18,619 bases of DNA, from NCBI GenBank assembly GCA_036231405.1, contig JAZAHK010000035.1:1-18619 (forward strand). The letters are read 5' to 3'. Position numbers and translations under genes: made by a program. The notes beneath the pieces are model-generated. The model was not told the origin of the DNA. It saw only the letters and a program-made list of their open reading frames with translations, and made no database searches. The stretch comes from Nitrospinota bacterium (GTDB lineage Bacteria; UBA8248). Each line of letters opens with the position of its first letter. Within the stretch, counting starts at the first letter, position 1. Of this stretch, positions 7,657 to 15,721 are shown in pieces.

Positions 7657-9909
7657 ATGCCACAATTAGATTATATTGGTACTTCCCCAACTAAAAGCGA
7701 TGCTCTCGTTAAGGCCGTTGGTGATACAATTTATGGTGATGATTTTCACCTCCCTGGCGAACTTTATGGAAAGGTTGTTCGTGCTACAGTTACTCCTGCT
7801 CGTATAAAAAAAATCGACAAAAAAAAAGCACTTTCTATACCTGGAGTTCATTGCGTTGTTACAGCAGAGGATATCCCTGGTGTGAATGCAGGCAGATATG
7901 CTGATTTCCCATTGTTAGTAGAAAATCTAGTTGTGGACATAGGGGATCCTATCGTCCTTATTGCAGCTGAAAGCCAAGACATTGCAGAGGAGGCTGCTAA
8001 AGCAGTTAAAATAAAATATGAAATATTACCTGGTTCCTACGATTTTAGAGATTTAAAAAATGGAAAAGTTGTCTGTGATTGGAAAACGCTAAAAACCCCC
8101 GATAATTCGAAAAATGTAAACATAGATAAAATTATCCAAAGTGCTGATGTTGTTGTCAGGAACACCTACACTTCGTCATGTGTTGATCCTTCTTTTATTG
8201 AACCTGAAGGCGGCCTGGCTTGGGTGGACGAAAGTGGTTTAGTTAATATTCGAGTTCCTACACAAGAAATAGAGAACTACAGAAGAGTGGCAAGTGCACT
8301 AGGGCTTCCAGCGAGCAAGGTTCGTTATGATTGTCCAATGCTTGGTGGTGCTTTTGGCGGAAAAGAACACCCTCAATTAGGATTTTTTCTGGCTCTTTTG
8401 GCCTTGAAAACTGGGCGTCCAGTGAGGATGGCCTATTCACGTGAAGAAAATATTAATTCTGCCAGTAAAAAACACCCATTTGAAATGCATTATACAACTG
8501 CCGCAAATAGAAATGGTACACTCGTTGCGATTGATGTTGATATTTTGGGAGATGCGGGTGCATACATCTCAAATAGTAAGGGTCTCTTGTTAGGAGCGTT
8601 GTGCGTTAGTGGTGGTCCATATCATTTCCCATATGGGAGAGGTCGAGCTAGAGCAATACAGACAAACAATCCCTTTACCGAGTCTATGCGTGGAGTTGGC
8701 GCGAATCAAGTATGTTTTGCTTACGAATCTCAAATGGATGAGTTGGCAGTAAAATTGAATATGGATCCAGTAGAATTTCGCATGAAAAATATAATTAAAA
8801 AGGGACAGACCTTGATGCAGAATCAACCTGTTCCAAGTCGCGTAATGCTTCCTGAGCTGTTCGAATCTGTTACCGAAAAGATTGATAAAAAGAAAAAATC
8901 AAGAACACGCGTTGTTGTTTCTGCTCCGTGGGTTAGGGGTTTTGGAATTGTTTCAAATATAGCTGGTTACGGAAGACCTCTTAATGCTGGAGATGCGTTT
9001 CTTTCTATAGATGACGACGGCAGCGTTCAACTCCGTGCGGGGGCTTGCGATGTTGGTGCTGGACAAACTCAAACGCTTTGCCAAATTGCTTCTGAGGCTC
9101 TAGGTATTCCACTGTCTAAAATTTCCCCTATTTTGGCAGATACCCATGTTACCCCTCTAGCGGGTGTTACAGCAGGTAGTAGGCAAACTATGGTTTCTGG
9201 AGGTGCTATTTTTGAAGCAGGTGTTCAACTACGGAAAAGACTTTTAAATGCCGCGTCAGATTTACTTGAAGTTTCAGCTGAAGATTTGGAAATTCGCGAT
9301 GATTCTATTTTTGTCATGGGGATTCCCGAAAAAAAAGTAGAGATTGTAGATGCGGTTAAAAAATGTAACGGGATGAATATCCCATTGCATGCAACTGGGA
9401 ATGTGAAGTTTGGTCACCATAAGTATAAAGGAAACGAGATTTATGGTGCTGCAGGTGGTTGGTTGGATTACGTTTTTGGAGTGCACGCTGCAGAGGTAAA
9501 AGTGAATACCGATACAGGAGAAGTACAAGTTTTAAATTATTGGTCAGGTCACGATGTTGGACAGGCAATAAACGTTCAACACGTTGAAGGGCAGTTTGAA
9601 GGTGGTACAATGATGGGCATTGGTCATGGGCTTATGGAAGAGATTTTACTAGAAAATGGAAAGCTTCTAACTGATCATTTCGAAAGTTATCTAATTCCCA
9701 CTGCTTCAGAAACTCCAGAGTGGGAGAATATTATTTTGGAATCTAAGGAAGGACTCGGTCCTTATGGAGCAAAAGGGATAGGTGAACCTCCTTGCACAGC
9801 CGGCGCAGCTGCTATTGCTTGTGCTGTAAGTGATGCGATAGGAAAGCGTGTTAAAAAAATTCCTGTTACACCGGTTCATGTACTTGAAGTTCTAGGAAAA
9901 ATAAAATAG
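7657..9909 (+). CDS. Xanthine dehydrogenase family molybdopterin-binding (large) subunit
   Basis: IPGVHCVVTAEDIPG, GGAFGGK, DAGAY, MRGVGANQ..FAYESQMD, DVGAG, DVGQAIN...VEGQFEGG and GPYGAKGIGEPP (catalytic Glu) motifs; 750 aa. Confidence 0.95.
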   Translation: MPQLDYIGTSPTKSDALVKAVGDTIYGDDFHLPGELYGKVVRATVTPARIKKIDKKKALSIPGVHCVVTAEDIPGVNAGRYADFPLLVENLVVDIGDPIVLIAAESQDIAEEAAKAVKIKYEILPGSYDFRDLKNGKVVCDWKTLKTPDNSKNVNIDKIIQSADVVVRNTYTSSCVDPSFIEPEGGLAWVDESGLVNIRVPTQEIENYRRVASALGLPASKVRYDCPMLGGAFGGKEHPQLGFFLALLALKTGRPVRMAYSREENINSASKKHPFEMHYTTAANRNGTLVAIDVDILGDAGAYISNSKGLLLGALCVSGGPYHFPYGRGRARAIQTNNPFTESMRGVGANQVCFAYESQMDELAVKLNMDPVEFRMKNIIKKGQTLMQNQPVPSRVMLPELFESVTEKIDKKKKSRTRVVVSAPWVRGFGIVSNIAGYGRPLNAGDAFLSIDDDGSVQLRAGACDVGAGQTQTLCQIASEALGIPLSKISPILADTHVTPLAGVTAGSRQTMVSGGAIFEAGVQLRKRLLNAASDLLEVSAEDLEIRDDSIFVMGIPEKKVEIVDAVKKCNGMNIPLHATGNVKFGHHKYKGNEIYGAAGGWLDYVFGVHAAEVKVNTDTGEVQVLNYWSGHDVGQAINVQHVEGQFEGGTMMGIGHGLMEEILLENGKLLTDHFESYLIPTASETPEWENIILESKEGLGPYGAKGIGEPPCTAGAAAIACAVSDAIGKRVKKIPVTPVHVLEVLGKIK

Positions 9910-9923
9910 TTTTTTAAAACTTT

Positions 9924-10406
9924 TTATATTTCTTCAAATTCTGCAGTATGCTCCACTTCTATACCTCTCTGAACGCTTTGGCTGGCAGGGCAACCACGGT
10001 CATGAACTTGAAGGGCTCTTTCTGCCTCTTCTTTTGTTCCTTTTGGAATTTTTACAGTATAGTGAATTTTAATTTTTGTTATCAGAGCCATTCCCTCAAC
10101 ATTTTCTATATATCCTTCAACGTGCCCAACTAAATTATCTGGAGAAGTTGAAATTCCGCGCGCTTCCAGCGCACTGCTCATATTTCCTGTTAGTCAACCA
10201 GCAACAGATGCAACAAGATGGTCTAGAGTTGCTGGTCTTTCTTCCACTGGGTCTACTTTATAAAAATTTTTTATACCTCCATGTACCCCGTAAGGAATAG
10301 GAGTATCAGGGAAAGCTTCAAAAAAACCAGTTTTCATAGCCTTGCCAGGTTCTTTAACAATTTTGGCTCTCGAGGTGTGTATAATATTACCTTCTTTTTT
10401 AGACAT
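9924..10406 (-). CDS. OsmC/Ohr-like redox protein, probable selenoprotein (Sec at codon 71, UGA at 10194-10196)
   Basis: ORFs 10194-10406 and 9924-10181 share a frame and join as ...TLDHLVASVAG-[UGA]-LTGN-MSSALEARG..., giving 160 aa. The UGA is at the first OsmC Cys position, the second Cys is in GCPASQSV, and a SECIS-like hairpin follows the UGA. SD GGGAG precedes the ATG at 10406. Confidence 0.88.
10150..10186 (-). promoter_or_regulatory. Putative bacterial SECIS element
   Basis: mRNA after the UGA reads CUAACAG-GAAAU-AUGAGCA-GUGCGCU-GGA-AGCGCGC-GGA-AUUUC. This gives a 7-bp GC-rich upper stem (10158-10174), a G-initiated apical loop 26 nt after the UGA, and a lower GAAAU/AUUUC stem. Confidence 0.75.
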
Positions 10407-10491
10407 TTAAAGTCTCCCTTAGAGTTTTCTGGAAAATCTTAATGTTAATACAAACGAGAAATATATCTGCAAGGAATCAGAAAGGAAATTT

Positions 10492-11118
10492 CTACTTCTC
10501 TTTAGAATTAATGCACAAAACTGCTTTCCAATAATTGAAAACATTCACACGTTCTTGCGCGACTGAAGTTAAATTATTAGATTTTAAAAGAGGTTCTAAA
10601 TCGAGAGTTGTTTCCCATCCAATCTTTTTGCAAGCTCCGTTAATTAGTTCTTCAAATTTAGCTAGAAGAAAATTCTGGCTCTTGAAGTGGTTTATAAAGA
10701 CAATTCTTCCATCTGGTTTGCAAACTCGACATATTTCTGAAACTATTTTTTGTGGGTCTGGTGCGGCACTAACAACGTAGCAAGCGGTAACACAATCAAA
10801 AGTATTATCTGGAAAATCCATTTCTTCTGCGTTCATTACTGAGAGTTGAATATTATCCATATCAAGTTTTTTTATTTTTTCTCTAGCTTTTTCTAACATC
10901 TTTGAGGAAATATCAATACCTACAATTTCAGAAGAATTAGGGTATAAGGGCAAAGAAAGGCCTGTTCCAACTCCTACTTCAAGTAGGCGTTCGTCGGATT
11001 CGAGTTGTAAAAGTTCCACTCCAACACTTCTCCCCTCATTAAATATTTTTTTGAAGACTATGTCGTAAAATTTCCCCCATCGGTCATAAATCTTCTCTGT
11101 TGTGTATTGACTATCCAA
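10492..11118 (-). CDS. Class I SAM-dependent methyltransferase, PmtA-like (phosphatidylethanolamine N-methyltransferase type)
   Basis: YDRWGKFYDIVF, LEVGVGTGLSLPLY, GIDISSKML, YVVSAAPDP and RVCKPDGRIVFINHF motifs resemble Rhodobacter-type PmtA. TTG start after AAGGA. Substrate is inferred. Confidence 0.8.
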   Translation of the reverse strand: MDSQYTTEKIYDRWGKFYDIVFKKIFNEGRSVGVELLQLESDERLLEVGVGTGLSLPLYPNSSEIVGIDISSKMLEKAREKIKKLDMDNIQLSVMNAEEMDFPDNTFDCVTACYVVSAAPDPQKIVSEICRVCKPDGRIVFINHFKSQNFLLAKFEELINGACKKIGWETTLDLEPLLKSNNLTSVAQERVNVFNYWKAVLCINSKEK

Positions 11119-11344
11119 AGCCTAATTCCTTGAGATTAAAATTCACTAAAACATCCGTAAAAATTATCTTATACTCGGATAAATTTCAAGCAAAATTTAT
11201 TTTGTATTTCTAATTGTTCTACTAAGTTTTGATTCGTATTAAATTGTTATAAAATGTTTTTGCTGTTTTGTTTTTAATAGTAGTTTTATAGAATGACGAA
11301 TTTGCCCGCCTTATATATTTCTCGAATTTTACAGGAATCTATCA

Positions 11345-12274
11345 TTGCATCATCTTTTTGTTCTAAAATTCTGTGTTGGTCTTTTCCTGATTACAAAGGG
11401 TGCTGGTTGGTTCACAGATGCATCTGTGTCTATTGCAAATAAAATGAAAGTTCCAAAGGTAGTAATCGGGGCAACATTAGTGAGTATTTTTACAACTCTT
11501 CCTGAATTTTCTGTTTCTTTTCTTGCTTCTGTAAGGGGGCAACCTGACACCTCTCTTGGTAATGCGGTAGGTTCAGTAATTTGTAATCTGGGTTTAGTTT
11601 TATCTGTTGCGGCAATTATAAGTCCTGTTTCTATCACGAGAGAAATTAAGGGTAAAAGTGTTCTTATGTTCGTAATAGGTATTTTTTTGTTTTCGGTTTC
11701 TTACTTTTTTGGTTATGGTTTTATAAATAGGACTTTTGGTATCGTTCTTTTATTGATTGCGATTTTGTATCTAATTTTTTCTTCTTTAGGGGAAAATTCA
11801 GAGGAGTGTTCTAACGAATATGAACAAGGTTTGTCTAAAACTATTTTATTTTTTGCCCTCGGTGGTTCGTTTGTTTTAATCGGAAGTTCCCTCGTTGTTA
11901 GTAATGTAATTCCGATTGCAAGATATATAGGTGTCCCTGAGATAATTGTCGCTTTGACATTGGTTGCAATCGGCACATCTTTGCCAGAATTGGTCATGGC
12001 TGTTGTGTCTTCGATAAAAGGACATAGTGGGATTGCTCTTGGTAACGTAGTTGGCGCAAATATTTTGAATTTAACGTGGGTTATTGGATCAGCGGCTCTT
12101 TATAGCGCTTTGAAGATAGATACACAAACCTTTCTTTTTGATTTTCCAATTATGATTTTGTTCATGGGTTTGTTTTTGCTTTTTATTTTATTACAAAAAA
12201 ACATAAAAGTTTATTCAGGTTTGTTTCTGTTGGCGTTTTATATCTTTTATGTGGTCGTTTCCTTTTTTTGTTAG
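11345..12274 (+). CDS. Calcium/sodium antiporter (CaCA superfamily, YrbG-like)
   Basis: Two alpha-repeats, TTLPEF...GNAVGSVICN and GTSLPEL...GNVVGANILN, and about 10 hydrophobic helices. Confidence 0.93.
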   Translation: MHHLFVLKFCVGLFLITKGAGWFTDASVSIANKMKVPKVVIGATLVSIFTTLPEFSVSFLASVRGQPDTSLGNAVGSVICNLGLVLSVAAIISPVSITREIKGKSVLMFVIGIFLFSVSYFFGYGFINRTFGIVLLLIAILYLIFSSLGENSEECSNEYEQGLSKTILFFALGGSFVLIGSSLVVSNVIPIARYIGVPEIIVALTLVAIGTSLPELVMAVVSSIKGHSGIALGNVVGANILNLTWVIGSAALYSALKIDTQTFLFDFPIMILFMGLFLLFILLQKNIKVYSGLFLLAFYIFYVVVSFFC

Positions 12275-12390
12275 GTGTAGTTTAATAATTTTCAGTGTAG
12301 AAGTTTTGTCCTTAGTGCATTAAAATAATTTCATGTTTGTCATTTGATTTGTCTTTTTTTTTGAAATTCAGAGATTTATTGAGGAAACGA

Positions 12391-13251
12391 ATGAATAATT
12401 CTTTATGTTTTAAAATTACTCTATTTTTTTTAGTTGCTTCTCTATTGTTTCCAATTTTAGTTGTAAGTGCGAAAGACAAAAAAGATGCCGATAGGTCAAA
12501 GATAGTTGTTGCTACTGTAAACGGATTCAAAATCACATTAGCTGACATAGATTTTCGACTCCAGTTACTGTCTTCTGCAGTGCGGCTTCGTGTAAAAAAG
12601 AATAAAAAAAAGTTTCTTGAATCAATAGTTCGTTCAGAATTACTTTTTCAGGAGGCTGAACGACAAGGATTAGCCTCGAAAGAATATGTTGTCAGGCTAA
12701 TTTCATTGTCTAATCGAAGAATCCTTAAAGATTTTTTTCTAAAAGAAAAAGTCTACTCAGATGTAGGAGTTAGTGACGATGTGCTGAAAAAGTTTTTTTC
12801 TGTTAACAAAGAGAGATTTAAAAGAAAAGAGTCAGTTACTCTAAGTCATATAGTTTTGAGAACAAGAAAAGAGGCTGAGGATGTTCTGAAATTTTTAAAA
12901 AGTGGAGAGATTTTCTCGAAAATTGCACGTTCACGTTCAATTTTTACTCCTACTCGAAATTCAGGTGGAGTTCTAGGAACTGTGGAAAGAGGTAGTTTGT
13001 CTAAGAAGATCGAGAAAATAGTTTTTGAACTACCGGTTGGGCAGGTAACTAAACCTGTAAAAACAAAATTAGGATGGGAAATTTTAAGGGTTTCAGAACA
13101 TATTACAGAGAAAGAAGCAAAATTCGAAGATGTTAAGCAAAATATAAGGATGTTTTTTGTACAATCTAAACATAGTGAAAGATATAGAACACTTCTAAAA
13201 AAATTAGAAAAGAAAAGTGATACAAAAATATTCTTGAAAAATTTTAAATAA
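12391..13251 (+). CDS. Exported PpiC/parvulin-type peptidyl-prolyl isomerase (PrsA/SurA-like foldase)
   Basis: Signal-peptide-like N-terminus ending VVSA, VVATVNG..IT, and SHIV...F.KIARSRS...GGVLG...PVKTKLGW. Start moved from 12337 to the in-frame ATG at 12391, which follows GAGGA. Confidence 0.85.
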   Translation: MNNSLCFKITLFFLVASLLFPILVVSAKDKKDADRSKIVVATVNGFKITLADIDFRLQLLSSAVRLRVKKNKKKFLESIVRSELLFQEAERQGLASKEYVVRLISLSNRRILKDFFLKEKVYSDVGVSDDVLKKFFSVNKERFKRKESVTLSHIVLRTRKEAEDVLKFLKSGEIFSKIARSRSIFTPTRNSGGVLGTVERGSLSKKIEKIVFELPVGQVTKPVKTKLGWEILRVSEHITEKEAKFEDVKQNIRMFFVQSKHSERYRTLLKKLEKKSDTKIFLKNFK

Positions 13252-13286
13252 GTTTTTTCTAAATTTGTTTATTAAAGAGGGGCGAG

Positions 13287-13841
13287 ATGAGTATAAAATC
13301 GGATAAGTGGATTACTAGAATGTCTAAAGAAAAAGGGATGATAGAACCTTTCGAAGAGAAACAAGTAAGGGGAGACAAGATATCTTTTGGGGTTTCCTCT
13401 TATGGATATGATATAAGAATAGCCGACGAGTTTATGATTTTTACGAATGTAAATTCCACAATAGTTGATCCAAAAAACTTTGATGAAAGATCTCTTGTAA
13501 AAATGCAATCTGATACTTGCTTAATTCCGCCAAATTCTTTTGCACTTGCTCGAACTGTTGAATATTTTAGAATTCCAAGAAATGTATTAACCGTTTGTGT
13601 AGGAAAGAGCACCTATGCTAGGTGTGGAATTATAGTTAATGTTACTCCTTTCGAGCCAGAATGGGAGGGTTTTGTCACTTTGGAGGTTTCAAATACAACT
13701 CCGTTACCTGCAAAAATATACGCCAACGAAGGTATCGCTCAAGTCTTGTTTTTCGAGAGCGATGAAGAATGTGAAACTTCTTATGCAGATAAGAAAGGGA
13801 AGTATCAAAGTCAGAAAGGATTAACTTTAGCAAAAATCTGA
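13287..13841 (+). CDS. dcd: dCTP deaminase
   Basis: [44 protein letters not shown] and YANEGIAQ motifs. Confidence 0.98.
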   Translation: MSIKSDKWITRMSKEKGMIEPFEEKQVRGDKISFGVSSYGYDIRIADEFMIFTNVNSTIVDPKNFDERSLVKMQSDTCLIPPNSFALARTVEYFRIPRNVLTVCVGKSTYARCGIIVNVTPFEPEWEGFVTLEVSNTTPLPAKIYANEGIAQVLFFESDEECETSYADKKGKYQSQKGLTLAKI

Positions 13842-13864
13842 ACCAATCTTTTAATGAGGTAGTT

Positions 13865-14377
13865 TTGGAAGATCTAAGTCATGCTGATTCAAAGGGAAGA
13901 GCCTTAATGGTAGGAGTTGCACATAAGGATGAGAGTGTTCGAGAGGCGATTGCATCTTCCTCTTTGAAAATGAAAACTGATACTCTTAACTCTATTATTA
14001 ATATGAATGTGCCGAAGGGTGATGTTCTAGGTTCGGCAAGAATCGCGTCGATTCTAGCTGCCAAAAAATGTTCCAGCTTAATTCCTATGTGTCATCCACT
14101 AAGGATTACTAGTGCTGAAGTTCTATTCAGGTCTGACATTTTAGAAGAAGAATTTTCTCATTTGCGTATTCTTTGTAGAGTTCAAGCTTTTGATAGAACG
14201 GGTGTTGAAATGGAAGCTCTTACTGGCGTTTCTGTGGCTGGTCTTACAGTTTATGATATGTGTAAGTCATTAGATAGAGAGATGATTTTGGGCGAAATTT
14301 GTTTGATTAAAAAAACAGGAGGAAAATCAGGCGACTACGTACGTTCAATTGAGGATATTTCTTCATATGACTTATAA
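13865..14377 (+). CDS. moaC: Cyclic pyranopterin monophosphate synthase MoaC
   Basis: KGDVL, LIPMCHPL, TGVEMEALT, LTVYDMCK and KTGGKSG motifs; TTG start after GAGGT. Confidence 0.96.
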   Translation: MEDLSHADSKGRALMVGVAHKDESVREAIASSSLKMKTDTLNSIINMNVPKGDVLGSARIASILAAKKCSSLIPMCHPLRITSAEVLFRSDILEEEFSHLRILCRVQAFDRTGVEMEALTGVSVAGLTVYDMCKSLDREMILGEICLIKKTGGKSGDYVRSIEDISSYDL

Positions 14378-14443
14378 TCCTTCTTTTATCAATTCTAATC
14401 AAACCTTTTTTATCTAAATGAAACATTCAAAAAGAGAAAAAAA

Positions 14444-15172
14444 ATAGATATAAAAAAAGAAAAATTAAAAAATTTTCCTGATCCTGAAACTGTTGGCGCT
14501 ATTGTTCCTTCTGCAGGTTTGGGTGAGCGTTTCCTAGGAAGAGAAAGGAAACAATTTTGTAATCTTGCTGGAAAACCTGTCATTATCCACGTTCTAGAAC
14601 GTCTGATTCAGTACAGGTTACTTAATTATATTTCTTTAGTACTCCCAAAAACAAAACCAAGTTCAGTAGTAATACCTACAAATTCGGATGTTATTATAAA
14701 AGTAGTCGAAGGCGGAATTGACAGGAATAGTTCTGTAGAGAACGGAATGAAAGCACTTCCAATTGGAGTAAAGTGGGTAGTAATTCATGATGGAGTTAGA
14801 CCTTTATTGACAAAGAATTTGTTGGAGAGATGTTTGCTAGAAGCTGATGATACAGGTGCGAGTCTTGCTGCTTTTCCTGTCTCTGATACTTTAAAACGTA
14901 GTGATGAATCACTATGTACATTTGAGACAATTTCACGGGAAAATCTTTGGTCTGCTCAGACTCCTCAAGTTGTACGAAGAGATCTTTTAGAAAAGGCATT
15001 TAAAGAGGTTGAAAGACAAGAGCCCGAGATAACAGATGAATCTACTTTATTAGAAAAAATAGGAATTAGAACTCGTGTCGTTTTTTCTACTAAAACAAAT
15101 CTTAAAATAACAACAGAAGAAGATTTGATGTTTGCGGAGTTTTATCTTAGAGAAGAAAAAAACGTTGATTGA
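14444..15172 (+). CDS. ispD: 2-C-methyl-D-erythritol 4-phosphate cytidylyltransferase (start codon uncertain)
   Basis: VGAIVPSAGLGERF...KQF, GGIDRNSSV, IHDGVRP, QTPQ, TDES and NLKITTEEDL motifs. The ORF-track start (TTG 14519) falls inside the conserved glycine loop, so the true start is upstream. 14444 is only the first in-frame ATA. Confidence 0.92.
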   Translation: MDIKKEKLKNFPDPETVGAIVPSAGLGERFLGRERKQFCNLAGKPVIIHVLERLIQYRLLNYISLVLPKTKPSSVVIPTNSDVIIKVVEGGIDRNSSVENGMKALPIGVKWVVIHDGVRPLLTKNLLERCLLEADDTGASLAAFPVSDTLKRSDESLCTFETISRENLWSAQTPQVVRRDLLEKAFKEVERQEPEITDESTLLEKIGIRTRVVFSTKTNLKITTEEDLMFAEFYLREEKNVD

Positions 15173-15197
15173 CAACTCCCTAGAGAGGATTTATTAA

Positions 15198-15674
15198 GTG
15201 ATAAGAGTTGGCATTGGATATGATGTTCATAGGTTAGTGTCTGATCGGCCGTTGATTTTGGGTGGAATTCAGATACCTTTTTATAAGGGTCTTGATGGCC
15301 ATTCTGATGCAGATGTTGTAATTCATGCAATGTGTGACGCTCTCTTAGGTTCTGTGGCTTTAGGAGATATAGGATATTATTTTCCGGATACAGAGCCAAA
15401 AAATAAAAATTTAGATAGTTTTATAATTCTTAAGAGAGTGCTGCAAATCGTATCAGATGAGGGATATTTTCCTTCTAATTTCGATGTGGTGATACAGGCC
15501 CAGAAACCTAGAATTTCTCCTTTTGTGCAAGAAATGAGAAAAAAGCTTTCAGAAGGTCTTCTTATTGATATTACTTGTGTTTCTGTGAAAGCCACCACTA
15601 CTGAGGGCTTAGGTTTTGTTGGAAAGGAAGAAGGCATAGCTGCACATGCTATTTGTTTAGTTGTAAAAAGATAA
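15198..15674 (+). CDS. ispF: 2-C-methyl-D-erythritol 2,4-cyclodiphosphate synthase
   Basis: RVGIGYDVH, GHSDADVVIHA.CDALLG, GDIG.YFP and SVKATTTEGLGFVG motifs; GTG start after GAGGA. Confidence 0.98.
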   Translation: MIRVGIGYDVHRLVSDRPLILGGIQIPFYKGLDGHSDADVVIHAMCDALLGSVALGDIGYYFPDTEPKNKNLDSFIILKRVLQIVSDEGYFPSNFDVVIQAQKPRISPFVQEMRKKLSEGLLIDITCVSVKATTTEGLGFVGKEEGIAAHAICLVVKR

Positions 15675-15721
15675 AGTTTTATCATTACTAATAACATGTA
15701 ATATTTTGGAGATTTTCGAAA

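Noticed and set aside
10194-10196. Genome-wide UGA reassignment (Trp or Gly) as the explanation for the in-frame UGA
   Set aside because: gpsA, dcd, ispD, cysS and others end at TGA at their expected lengths, no other gene has an internal TGA, and Trp is encoded by TGG.
9924-10406. Two separate small genes, or a nonsense pseudogene
   Set aside because: The stop falls on the catalytic Cys column, both halves are otherwise intact and in frame, and a SECIS-like hairpin follows. A Cys-to-stop point mutation cannot be fully excluded without seeing the sel genes.
4723-13862. Other TGA-terminated genes (cupin, gpsA, Gfo/Idh/MocA, dcd) as possible Sec read-through
   Set aside because: Each meets another in-frame stop within a few codons, the proteins look complete, and no comparable hairpin follows.
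15170-15200. UGA read-through producing an IspD-IspF fusion
   Set aside because: ispF is in a different frame from ispD and has its own SD (GAGGA) and GTG start.
193-15697. Short antisense or alternate-frame ORFs overlapping groES, groEL, tonB, gpsA, the Mo subunit, yrbG, dcd, moaC, ispD and ispF
   Set aside because: Shadow ORFs of well-supported genes, with no recognisable motifs.
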